A stretch of 64,000 nt of DNA from Octopus vulgaris (lineage: Eukaryota). The position numbers were made by a program, and so were the translations under genes. The notes beneath the pieces were generated by a model. The model ran no database searches. It saw nothing but the letters and a program-made list of their open reading frames with translations, and was not told where the DNA came from. Where the stretch lies: assembly GCA_951406725.2 (NCBI GenBank), contig OX597819.1:29574001-29638000 (forward strand), written 5' to 3'. The stretch's first letter is position 1, and each line of letters begins with the position of its first letter. Shown piece after piece: positions 1 through 11,600 of the stretch.

Positions 1-113
1 ACAGAAATGGCTAAGAAAGCCCAAATTGGCATCTATAACGGAAGTAACTCTCTAAAAATGCTTATATAGTTATTTCCCTTACAAACCCGAGCAACGCCGG
101 GCGATACTGCTAG
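1..113 (+). mobile_element. 3' end of non-autonomous Helitron (window-truncated copy of 253-769)
   Basis: Near-identical to 657-769; hairpin cccg..cggg ~8 nt before terminal CTAG, followed by T. Confidence 0.8.
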
Positions 114-252
114 TAATATATAAGAATCACCATGGTTCACAAACACATAAAGATAATACATATACATAAAATCACAGAAGGTAAAAGCATATAATAGAAT
201 GCTACAAAAGAATATAATCAAATTCTACAAGTAGAACAGCCTATCAAAAATA

Positions 253-769
253 TCTATATATATAAAACTGTAGTTGTGTGAGTGTCTGTCTCCTACGATT
301 TAGATTCCTAACTCCTCCCACATTTTGCGGTGCAGTTTAACCAAATTCGGGTATCTTATAGTCGTGATTAATATCGAGCCCGTCTGGCTATTAGCGCGCG
401 TCTACGATGAGTCTACGATTTTAAAAATAATTTAACATCATTTTTTATTCCATTTTAATGCATAATTTTTCGTGTCTCGATGGCGGCGGAGTTGGCGTCC
501 ACGCTCAAACACCTGCACCTGTGTTTGCTTCTCCCCCTTCTTCCCTCCCTCGTGAAGCTGTGGGGAAGGGAGTGTAAGGAAATCAACGTCGTAATGCGTT
601 GTCAAGGAGACCAGCGTTCTTTTAGAACAACGACTTCATGGCTTGAAGACACCAAAACAGAAATGGCTAAGAAAGCCCGAATTGGCATCTATAAAGGAAG
701 TAACTCTCTAAAAATGCTTATATAGTTATTTCCCTTACAAACCCGAGCAACACCGGGCGATACTGCTAG
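253..769 (+). mobile_element. Non-autonomous Helitron (~517 bp)
   Basis: A|TCTATATATATAAA 5' end, 3' hairpin + CTAG|T, no TSD. Confidence 0.85.
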
Positions 770-814
770 TTAAATATAAACAGCTAAAGGGCCAGGTTGG
801 TGGATTTAACAACT

Positions 815-1212
815 CTTTACTCTTTTACTGGTTTCAGTCATTTTGACTGTGGCCATGCTGGAGCACCGCCTTTAGTCGAGCAAATCGACCCCGAGACTTA
901 TTCTTTGTAAGCCCAGTACTTATTCTATCGGTCTCTTTTGCCGAACCGCTAAGTGACGGGGACATAAACACACCAGCATCGGTTGTCAAGCAATGCTAGA
1001 GGGACAAACACAGACACACAAACATATACACACACATACACATATATACGACAGGCTTCTTTCAGTTTCCGTCTACTAAATCCACTCACAAGGCTTTGGT
1101 CGGCCCAAGGCTATAGCAGAAGACACTTGCCCAAGATGCCACGCAGTGGAACTGAACCCGGAACCATGTGGTTGGTTAGCAAGTTACTTACCACACAGCC
1201 ACTCCTGCGCCT
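815..1212 (-). mobile_element. tRNA-derived SINE family A (internal (TA/TG)n, tail ...tgaaacaagtaaaaga)
   Basis: A/B-box-like head (tgtggtaag ... ggttcagtccc); near-identical copies at 4558, 38073, 45718, 52216, 53433. Confidence 0.9.
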
Positions 1213-1319
1213 ATTTGGAAATTGGAAATTTCGAAAAATTTTTTTTTTCTTCAGAATAATCTCTCTATTTTCAAACTTGCAGTCTTTGAGTTTATGTACA
1301 CATGTCTGCTTTCACTATC

Positions 1320-1611
1320 AGTCAGTCATTCCCACAGACATGCAAATATATGTAAATAAAAGCAAAAATTGTCTTTAAATTTGTAAATTAAAAAAAAAAA
1401 AAATTAATAATCAAAAATTAAAAAAAGATTGTGGTAGTGGAAATGAGACTTTATTTTTTAAAAAATTATTTCGAAATTTAAGTCTCATTTCCACTACCAC
1501 AATCTTTTTTTAATTTTTGATTATTAATTTTTTTTTTTAAATTTACAAATTTAAAGGCAATTTTTTTCCTTTTATCTACATATATTTGCATGTCTGTGGG
1601 AATGACTGACT
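1320..1611. repeat. Long inverted repeat (~132-bp arms, ~28-bp spacer)
   Basis: agtcagtcattcccacagacatgc...gagactt at 1320-1451 is the reverse complement of 1480-1611. Confidence 0.9.
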
Positions 1612-1785
1612 TTTTTCGTTGTTAATAAAGGATCGTCTGCTAATTGCTTAGCACGTATCTACGCATGCGCAAGTGACGTTTTTAAACGTTTTCAAGTTGA
1701 AAGAAGCCAGAAGAGAAGGAGGTGGGGGTGTTTCAGAATCGTAATGTCTATATTTTAAAATATGGACCTTACGGAGTAGCCGTCC

Positions 1786-2407
1786 CGGCGATCTTTCGTC
1801 TCTAGTAGACCTTTCCGTCGATTTCCGTAAAAAAAAATTTTTTTTTTTTACATATGGGCTTGCGGGAACTTTTGAAGTAATATACATACATATACACATA
1901 CACCGAGTAAAAAATTTCAGTTATCTCTTTCTTTCATACATTACTCTGTCTCTTCACACACACTAACAGAAGCACTTCACTTACACAACATACTGTCTGT
2001 CTCCCACCCACCCTCAAACACACACGCACACACATGTACATCAATGCTTCACATGCACGGTAACTTCAAAAGAACTTCCCTCGTCATAAAATCGATTTCT
2101 CTTAGTCTCTTTCGCTCTCATTACTTCAAAAGTTCCCGCAAGCCCATATGTAAAAAAAAAGAATTTTTACGGAAATCGACGGAAAGGTCTACTAGAGACG
2201 AAAGATTGCCTTTGTGGCAATCTTTCGTCTCTAGTAGACCTTTCCGTCGATTTCCGTAAAAAAAATTTTTTTTTTTTTACACATGGGCTTGGTGTATGTG
2301 TATATGTATGTATATTACTTCAAAAGTTCCCGCAAGCCCATATGTAAAAAAAAAAAAAATTTTTACGGAAATCGACGGAAAGGTCTACTAGAGACGAAAG
2401 ATCGCCG
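1786..2407. repeat. Four alternately oriented copies of a ~75-120-bp unit (nested foldback)
   Basis: gatctttcgtctctagtagacctttccgtcgatttccg at ~1790 and ~2220; reverse complement at ~2170-2207 and ~2366-2403. Confidence 0.9.
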
Positions 2408-2501
2408 ACTTTGTTTTCATTTCTGAAGATAACAGAAACCCTTTTCTCCCACCCCTAACCCTAACACAAACCCTAATCCCCCATATATAAAAAAAAAAAA
2501 C

Positions 2502-2625
2502 ACGGGCAAAATGCGTAGCCGTATTTCGTCAGAATTTAGGTTCTGAGTTCAAATTCCGCCGAGGTCGACTTTGCCTTTCATCCTTTCGGGGTCGATAAAT
2601 TAAGTACCAGTTAAGCACTGGGGTG
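2502..2625 (+). mobile_element. SINE family B fragment (Nin/Deu-type core)
   Basis: gaggtcgactttgcctttcatcctttcggggtcgataaattaagtaccag core. Confidence 0.8.
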
Positions 2626-3125
2626 AGAAATATATGTACAACATCGATTTTCCTGAGCATTTAGTGCCAGAGCCTTTCTAGGTTACTGAGTTTTCACTTC
2701 TAAATTAAACAATTATTACAGTTATATATATTATTAAAAGAAAAACATGTACCTGTACATGAGTATATATGAGACAAGTTTATTAATACTGTACAGTGCA
2801 TTTTACTATCAAACAAGACTACCCAGTAAACTAGTCTAGTGAAAGTGGGAATTTGAAGTCCCTACTTGTAAATTAATGCAGATTATAAGATGTTCTGGAC
2901 CACCAATTTCCAGAAAGTCTACATTATATTAGTATTTGACAAAACGTCATACAGGAATGTATTGTATTCATGTCAACTGGAAAAGAACATCAGAATTGAC
3001 AAGGAATGGCAACCTACATCATTTAACATCAGAGTTGAAAATGCATCTTGACGCCATAAGAATTTATAAAACTTTCAAGAGAACGTGATTTTTTTTCTTT
3101 TTTTTTTTTTTAACATTGGATCATG

Positions 3126-3537
3126 GGATCTTTTCGGTTTGAACGGCAGTTTTTTCTAGCGGTGTCATATGAAATTGTCACCCATAATTATGACCCTAGT
3201 CTCGATCTATTGCATTTCATTCTGTTTTAGGGTTGGGGGTGGGGGAAGGGTATCTTTTTTTCTTCACAAATGTAAATAAACCCAATCTGTTTCTTAAACG
3301 AGGGACATATTCATATGGCACAGAATGTTTTTTACCTCAATAGACGTCAGTGATTGGTTGAAATTGCAGAAATTGAAGAAAAAAAAACAACAAATATCTT
3401 ACAAACCATAGAATTTTCTCAATAAAGCCAAGAGAAAAAGATGTTTTTATAAACACATTCTACCAGTATATGAAGTTTGAAATTTTTTAGTTACCTAGAA
3501 ATTATGTTAAAAATTGCCGTTCAAACCGAAAAGATCC
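3126..3537. mobile_element. MITE, ~29-bp TIR GGATCTTTTCGGTTTGAACGGCAGTTTTT, 8-bp TSD
   Basis: TIRs at both ends; TSD ggatcatg/agatcatg. Confidence 0.9.
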
Positions 3538-3792
3538 AGATCATGGATCAGACATAAAGATATAAATGATAACCTGTGAATACTAGGTTTATGAGTAGGA
3601 ATATCAAATGCCCGCGGCCGCCCGATGAGTTTACTGGGAGATTCTCTTTCATAAAACCTTGCACAGTACAGTATCAACTTGAATAATTTGTAGTAATGTA
3701 CAGGTACATGTTATTATTTATAGCTTTATGTAGGCTTGGAGATCCAATGTTCAAAAACATTTAAAAAAAAAAAAAAAAAAGAAGCAAAGTAT

Positions 3793-4045
3793 ATCATCAT
3801 CATCATCATCATCGTTTAACATCCATTTTCCATGCTAGCATGGGTTGGACGATTCAACTGGGGTCTGGGAAGCCAGAAGGCTGCGCCAGGCCCAGTCTGA
3901 TCTGGCAGTGTTTCTACAGCTGGATGCCCTTCCTAACGCCAACCACTCCGTGAGTGTAATGGGTGCTTTTTACGTGCCACCTGCACAGGTGCCAGGAAAG
4001 GCTGGCAAACGGCCACGTTCGGATGGTGCTTTTTACATGCCACCA
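3793..4045 (-). mobile_element. RTE LINE 3' end fragment with (ATG)n tail
   Basis: Matches 3' UTR of intact LINE at 59002-59200. Confidence 0.85.
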
Positions 4046-4504
4046 TACAATATTAGATATGTACATATATACACAAGGGTACCACATGAGTACCTATATC
4101 GCTAATTATAGTGATGGTATTTTAATAATATCATCCCTATATTTATTTCTAAATGATTTTACGCATTTCATTTGTTCGTACGGTGCTTGGTCACTTCATC
4201 GAACTTTCGCAGGCATGACGGGGGAGAATGTTAGTAGTTATTTAGCTGGCAGACTTTGGCTGATGAGAAATCACGTGTCTAGGTGGCGCTAAATTTCGAA
4301 ACCGGTACCAAGTTGACCAGTATTTACTTGTCCTGACCCATTTGAGGTAAGACATTATTATTGTTCACTGATATTTTCCTATCTTGTCTGTAATAGATTT
4401 GTGACTATTCAGTGGTACAGAAGTATTTTTTGACTTCTATCATTAGTGATATAGGTACTCATGCTGTACCCCTGCACATATACGTACACATCTAATATTG
4501 TATG
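4044..4504 (+). mobile_element. Non-coding hammerhead-bearing element with inverted terminal segment (Penelope/retrozyme-like)
   Basis: 4044-4106 is the reverse complement of 4442-4504; internal canonical HHR; ends in TA-rich tract. Confidence 0.7.
4253..4313 (+). ncRNA. Type I hammerhead ribozyme (canonical core)
   Basis: ttgg-CTGATGA-gaaat..atttc-GAAAC-cg-GTA-ccaa; palindromic stem III (accggt); predicted cleavage after A4307. Confidence 0.85.
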
Positions 4505-4557
4505 TATATATTTTATTATATATATATATGTGTGTGTAAAAAAATTTATATATATAT

Positions 4558-4931
4558 ACTCCTTTATTCTCTTTTACTTGTTTCAGTCATTTGACTACAG
4601 CCATGCTGGAGCACCACCTTTAGTCGAGCAAATCAACCCCAGGACTTATTCTTTGTAAGCCTAGTACTTATTCTATCGGTCTCTTTTGCCAAACTGCTAA
4701 GTTACGGGGACGTAAACACAACAGCATCAGTTGTCAAGCAATGTTGGGGGGATAAACACAGACACACAAACATACATACATATATACAATGGGCTTCTTT
4801 CAGTTTCCATCTACCAAATCCACTCACAAGGCTTTGGTTGGTCCGAGGCTATAGTAGAAGGTGCCACACTGTGGGAATGAACCTGGAACCATGTGGTTGG
4901 TAAGCAAGCTACTTACCACACAGCCACTCCT
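4558..4931 (-). mobile_element. SINE family A
   Basis: Homology to 815-1212. Confidence 0.85.
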
Positions 4932-6838
4932 GATATATATATATAAGCAGGATTCTTTTAGTTTCTCTCAGCCAAGTCCACTCAGAAGTCTTTGGTCAGC
5001 CTGGGACTATAGTGGAAGGACTATAAAGGGAGTTGCAGGGACCAGATAATGATGGCATTGACATTAAGCAGCACCAGGATGGATTAAATGCATCATATAA
5101 TGAAGAAACTACAACAAAACAACCAATGAAACAATACTTACTATATATATTTTAAACAAAAGCTATCAAATTGTGTAAACAACAGGCAAGAAGTAGCAGA
5201 AAATATCAGCTTTGTAGAGTGAACTGAAGGAAGAGAGGAATATATCACATAAACAGCTTTGTCTTAAAATGTCAACGAGGTATTTATCTACCTCAGGGAT
5301 ATGATTTGATTGTAATGATACTTGAGGCACTTTCTGTCAGAAATATCATTGATATAGACAGTATTCTCAACTTTCAACACAGAGAAGAATTGATAAAAAC
5401 ATTACCAAAGAAATGTCAACAAAAGACAAGAAATAGAGAAATAGTCTCACCTGAGACAAATACATTAACAAAAGGCTGTTAGATTTGTGTGATGGCTAAT
5501 GATGTGGATGTGTGCATATGTACATACACATTATATATGTGTGTATCTCGTACATCCATACATACATCTACACACAAATACACATGCACTAATCATGAGA
5601 TTACAGCTACAAGCTGTCAAAGGTATAGCCAAACTAGGTGAAACGTTCGTGAAGTTCAACATGTAAGATTTATGTATGTAATCCTTATGCCCATACACAC
5701 ACATACACGCACAAGCTGTCTAAGAGACCATAAGTCAGGGAAAAGATGCATTTGTATATCTGTCAATAGAGTGGGTATAAAATCCAAAAATATATAGTAT
5801 CATATATATATTCATCACAGCTGATCTTACCAATTCGTTTTGTGCAAGGAATACAATGGAGTGTTAGGCAACAATCCGATTATATAACCTTACGCTCATC
5901 AGAGATAGCCGATATGGAATGGAATATGGCAACAGCAGTCATCATATTCCCTTCAGCCGCAATAATGGATATATAACACAATATATTTTCAGATAATATA
6001 TATATATATATGTATGTATGCACTCACATGGCTAAGAGTCGTTTTGACTTATTTCTAGCACTGCTAGAGCTGAATATCACCCTCAGTCAATTTAGTAAAG
6101 CCTATACTTGTTGCCTTTCAGCTGTAAATTGGGAATAGCCACCTTAACAATAATAATAATAATGGTTATTTATGCCAGTAATATATATATATGTATGCAC
6201 AGTCATGGACAACCAGCAGTACATGGGACTTTCTGACTGGCAGCTTAACAAAAAATTACCTCGATTTTTTATTTTATTACATTTTTTTTTTTAGGTGTGT
6301 GGCTCACCTAATGATGAACCATGTCTCATGCGGCCCAATTCTTCAAACAAGATTGCTCATGCCTGGCATATGTAAACATATACATATATATGCATAAGAG
6401 ACAATTGATCTGATTCTACAAGTACGAAATAAACTATGGACATCTCAAGTATACTGGATACATTTTCATCTTTCTATATGAATAACTATCAAAGTAATTG
6501 TAACTGAATTCCAGTCATTGCTATATTACACAAATCTTAGAGGTATCTCATATGCATGCCCACCACTAAAGTGGGGGTGCATTGGACAGCACTGCCCACA
6601 TTATTATTGTATGATGCACCCTCAGATTTACAGTGATACACTTATTACAAATCTCCACTTTAGCATGATTACAAACTAGCAGAGATACCCGGCATTGCTC
6701 GGGATTAGAATAGCATAGTTTATGTATATATATATATATAACGGGAAGGTTTACGAAAATAAACAAAAGACGAAGGCAGGTGGAGTACAAACAAACAAAT
6801 GTATTAGTATGGCGCTCAGGAATAGAAATAGAACAAGT

Positions 6839-6874
6839 CTTTTACGTTTCGAACCTATGCTCTTCGACAGAAAG
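6839..6874 (-). ncRNA. Minimal type I hammerhead-like motif (variant core CTGTCGA)
   Basis: cttt-CTGTCGA-a-gagc atag gttc-GAAAC-GTA-aaag; paralog at 43956-43991; element ~6740-6940 flanked by (TA)n. Confidence 0.6.
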
Positions 6875-7269
6875 ATACACAGTAAAGAAACAAGGAGAGA
6901 AAAAAAATGCATGTAGGAGCTAACGGTCTATCATGGCATATATATTACAGTTATGTTGATACAAATGATATGGGGAAAGTGAAGCATTGACAGCAGAACA
7001 TTCCTGGAGTAAATTATGGGCTAATTTGACTAAGCAACATGACAGGCATCTGTTTGGAGTATTCCAGGCTGTAACCTGCCCCGTGGAGAGTCCGGGGGGT
7101 AGTGGCTATGATTTTTGAGCACACCAAAAGGCTGTCAGTGGACATACTCTCCTTTGTGGCGGTTGGTGCTGTGTCTAACACAACCCATCGTCTGAAGTTT
7201 TGACACCTATGAGAGCTGTTCTACTGGACCTCTGTCTAATCATTAAAATGTTTTAATGAGTCGGCATTA

Positions 7270-7450
7270 AGTACTGCAGCATGCCTTTCCTGATCTTGGG
7301 TAAATCTCATTTCCCTTCTCTCTTGAGATTCCACCTGACGTGCTGCGGTATGCCTTTTGTTGATCTTGAGAAAGTCTCATCATGCTTCTGTCTTAAGACT
7401 CCATTTGATGTGCTGTAGCATGCTTTTGCTGATCTTGGGAAAGTCTCATA
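7270..7450. repeat. ~68-bp tandem repeat (~2.6 copies) inside Helitron
   Basis: gtgctgcagcatgcctttt.ctgatcttgggaaagtctcat repeated. Confidence 0.8.
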
Positions 7451-7552
7451 AATATAATAGAAATAAGATTATGTTAGTGTTTTAACATTAGAATTAGAAG
7501 TGAAACAATAAAAGTGAAACAATATTATAGTCTTATCACATTAAAATGAAAG

Positions 7553-7948
7553 GGATCTTTTCGGTTTGAACGGCAGTTTTTAACATAATTTCTAGGTAAC
7601 TAAAAAATTTTAAACTTCGTATACTGGTAGAATGTGTTTATAAAACATCTTTTTCTCTTGGCTTTATTGAGAAAATTCTATAGTTTGCAAGATATTTGTT
7701 GTTTTTTCCTTCAATTTCAACCAATCACTGACGTCCTTTGAGGTAAACAACATTCTGTGCCGTATGAATATGTCCCTCGTTTAAGAAACAGATTGGGCTT
7801 ATTTACATTTGTGAAGAAAAAGATACCCTTCCCCCACCCCAACCCTAAAATAGATTGAAATGCAATAGATCGATACTAGGGTCATAATTATGGGTGACAA
7901 TTTCATATGATACCACCAGAAAAACTGCCGTTCAAACCGAAAAGATCC
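7553..7948. mobile_element. GGATC-TIR MITE copy
   Basis: Same TIRs and body as 3126-3537. Confidence 0.9.
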
Positions 7949-8439
7949 GAATTAAAAGTGAAATAATACTATATCACATTACAATATAGATCTTGTTCTT
8001 TCACTTAAAACACATAATACTGAACCAGTGCCAATGTTATGTTGTTTTAATCCGAATGAAAAAAAAATTTACATGTTGACACTCCTACTACCTTGTAAAA
8101 TTTCATTCGATTTGGTTGAACCGTTAGAGAATTTATAAGGAACAGACAAAGAATTTTATATATATAGATTACTGCCCACCCAGAACATTCTGAAGCGCTC
8201 CTAGGCACCAAAGTTTGGTGATAGGCCTGCTCATATGGGATTACATATTTCATACGGAATACTAAAATATTATACATTCTCATATGGGATATTAAACAGA
8301 TTTCCTATGGTAGTGGATATTATATATGGCTTTCAATAATGGATGTGAGATAATATGAATCCAGGTAAAAAAAAAAAAAAGTCACAGGAAAAGAAGTCAT
8401 ATGCTATCATATATAAATAGTGTTGTCAATAAGTACGTC

Positions 8440-8607
8440 ATTATTTCGTCCGTCTTTACGTTCTGAGTTCAAATTACGCTGAGGTCGACTTTGCCTTTCA
8501 TCCTTTCAGGGTCGATAAATTAAGTACCAGTTGCGTACAAGGGTCAATCTAGTCGACTGGCCCCCTCCCAAAAAATTTTGGGTCTTGTGCTTATATTACA
8601 AAAGAAT
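8440..8607 (+). mobile_element. SINE family B (5' truncated)
   Basis: Nin/Deu-type core. Confidence 0.75.
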
Positions 8608-11600
8608 ATGTACAAGTCATGTATTGCCAGTTAATAACTGATTTAGAATATTTTGTTTTATTACTTTAATAAATTGCGACTGACTTGAATATTTTTGATT
8701 CATTTCCTAGACAAAATTGTGACTTTTTTCTGTGACTTTATTACCGGCCATCATAAATTAATTGTGACTATTTTTCTTGTGACTTTTTTCCCTAGCCAAA
8801 ATTGTGACTTTATTACCGGCCATGGATAATACAAATCTGAAAGAACTTGCAGGTGTTAACATATGTAGAAGCGAGAGAAAACTAAACAAAAATTATTTAG
8901 GCGTCACTTCAACACTAAGCGCACACCAGCTTTTTCATTTGTTTATCATAGCGACCATACGTATACACGCACAAATACACACTAAGTTTGGGAGATAGAG
9001 CAGCTAAATCTCTCTCCCTCACATTCTACCGTCGGAAATAATAAGGGATACATCTGATGATATAACCTCGAATACACCAAAAAGATGAGACGGTCACAAA
9101 TGGAACACCTCTTAATAAGAGGTCTGCTCGAGCAGCGCTACACACACACACACGATGCATTTTATGTTGAATAATAAAAACAGTTTTTCATCAAACTTAA
9201 TACACAGTAAATATGTACTCAATACAGAGTACATATTTATTATACTTTTACAAGAAGAGTTGTAACAGTGACTTGGAACTTTCAGCCTGTTAGCCTTCAT
9301 CGGAATGTACAATCCGAAACTTCGATGTCCCAGTCACCACTCTTGCATAATAATAATATTAGTTAATAGTTTCAAATTTTGTCATAAGGGCAGCGATTTT
9401 GGGGGGAAGGGATGAATCGATTACCGCAGTGTTCAACTGGTACTTATTTTATCGACCCCGAAAATATGAAAGGCAAATAATAATAATAATGATCCTTTCT
9501 ACTAAAGGCACAAGGCCTGACATGTGCGATCCCAATACTCAGCTGGTGCTTATTTCATTGACCCCGAAAAGATGAAAGACAAATTGCGACTTCGGCGTCA
9601 TTTGAACTCAAAACGTAAAAACAAAAACAAAAAAAAAGGAAGGAATGTTGCTAAGCACATCTTCCGGTTTGCTACTCACACACACACACACACAAAGTAT
9701 ATAAGTCGTACATAGATCCAAGCCTGCAAGCTGTAGGGACCTAACTACGAAAGAGAAGATACAGGAGACTGTTTAGTCCTCCTGCATGAGACAATAATCA
9801 CCTTTCTAGTGAGGAGAACTCGAAACACCTAAAGTTGTACTTTCTCTGTGACAGTGTGTAGAAAGTGACGCAGACCAAGACGAACCCGTTCGACCTAAGA
9901 GAGCATGAAAAAATGGGGAAATGAGTTCTCACACTGGTAGTGAATGCCGGTGCTTAGTAAGCTAATGTGAAGGAATGAGCTACTGCAAACCAGTCGTTAC
10001 ATGCACTGCGTAATAAAAACCAGGTGGCTTCTTCAGATCAACAGCTGTTAAACATACAATATTACATATTAACAGAATACACGCACATGCACATACTGAT
10101 TCTTTATTACACGCACATGCATATACATACAGCTCAGCTACAGCATACGAAATTGTCTGGCTTGCTAGAAACAGTAGCCACACATCTCCAACAAATCCTT
10201 GTGACTTTTTCATATTTACAGATTTAAAATGAAACAAATAATAATTATTACCTAATCTGATCGTGTATGTTTAATTAACACATATAAGCTGGAATGTGTT
10301 GGGTTTTTTTTTTTAGCAACTTTACAATATTCAATATATTTGAAACATATTTAATGTTTTATCTATTTTATTTGTCATGTTTCTTTTATTAAAACAAACC
10401 CTTAAAAAGTTGGAAGGTACTGCCCGCTCGTCTTCAATAAAGAAATAAAACACTAGATCATGTACTCCCAGATTCCCATAAAAAGAGAGTATGGTTACAG
10501 CTGGAACACATTTAATCATGTCTGGTCACTCAAGATCGCCGTGAACCTAAACAGGATCATTGGGGGCACAATACGAATTGTTGATATTTGTCATCCGTCT
10601 TTTTATGGGTGTGGTCGTTTATTATTGTATTTGCGCCAGTCATTAGACTTCCACTGTATTGGGACTCTACCTTGAGCTTAGTCGATCAAATCGACCTAAG
10701 GAGTAGCTTAAAGTCTAACAGTTATTCTATCGGATTCTTATTGCCGAACCGCTAACTTAGGGATACAAACAAACCGACAAATATTAAGACGCACACAGTA
10801 TAGACCCAGATCTACCCTGATTGAGCAGACCTATGATTAAAGGCTTTCCAATAGCGGTCAGACAGAGTTCTTTGGGTAAAGAAGTGTATTTTGCAACTCT
10901 GTGATTCTGGGATCCATTCTGCTGTACATCAACTTGGGCAAGAGTTTTTTAGTTTTGTTTTAATCACAGTTTTCAAATTTACTACCAATACCATATGGGT
11001 GGGATTTTGTAGACAGAAACTTGTACGCAAGTCCCGTAAATCTATAAAGAATCCTTTCTGGGCTTCATAGTTTGATATCAAACAAAACAAAAAAAAAAAA
11101 GGAAGATACAAAGAAAACTTAACAACACGGCCATATCTGATCTCTGTTTTGAAAGTCCCTGCGCATGTGTGTAAATATGTAAAAGTGTGCACCTCTATTA
11201 TATGCAGGTGCACAAATGTATGTGTGGTTAAGATTTATGAAAGGTTTTTTTGCAGCGTTCAAGCAGGCCAGACATAAAACTCATCCAGACAGATGCTACC
11301 CTGGTGTCTGGTATAATGTCACCCACAGACACGCTTCAGCTACTCTTCTCTGTGTATGTGTGTGTTTCCTAGTGATTCTATAATGGCCTTAACTCCAGCG
11401 AGTTTGCTGGGCTCACGCCAACTCAATTCGGGCGATCCCAACATCCTCTCGTCAACCATACCCAGACCCTGCATCAATTACTTTCCTCAGTCTTGCTTCC
11501 CAAAACATCAGTCCACTTGAACTCCCTCTCAGCTCATTTCTCTTCCGCAGGTATTGATTTACAATGGTTCAAGAGAAACATTAATAGCATCGATTTCACC

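Larger units (their letters stand above)
6676..8168 (-). mobile_element. Non-autonomous Helitron with nested insertions
   Basis: Minus strand: A|TCTATATATATAAAA at 8168; cccgagcaatgccggg hairpin + CTAG|T at 6676. Confidence 0.7.

Noticed and set aside
983-1378. Recurrent ORFs like MPRSGTEPGTMWLVSKLLTTQPL
   Set aside because: Antisense reading of SINE family A copies
2742-3712. Diverged inverted repeat (2742-2800 vs 3660-3712) with ccgatga at ~3622
   Set aside because: No complete hammerhead fold or clear boundaries; unclassifiable
5826-5960. Minus-strand C/D box-like ATGATGA...CTGA and gtaag donor
   Set aside because: Too short, no terminal stem or guide recognised, no hammerhead GAAA
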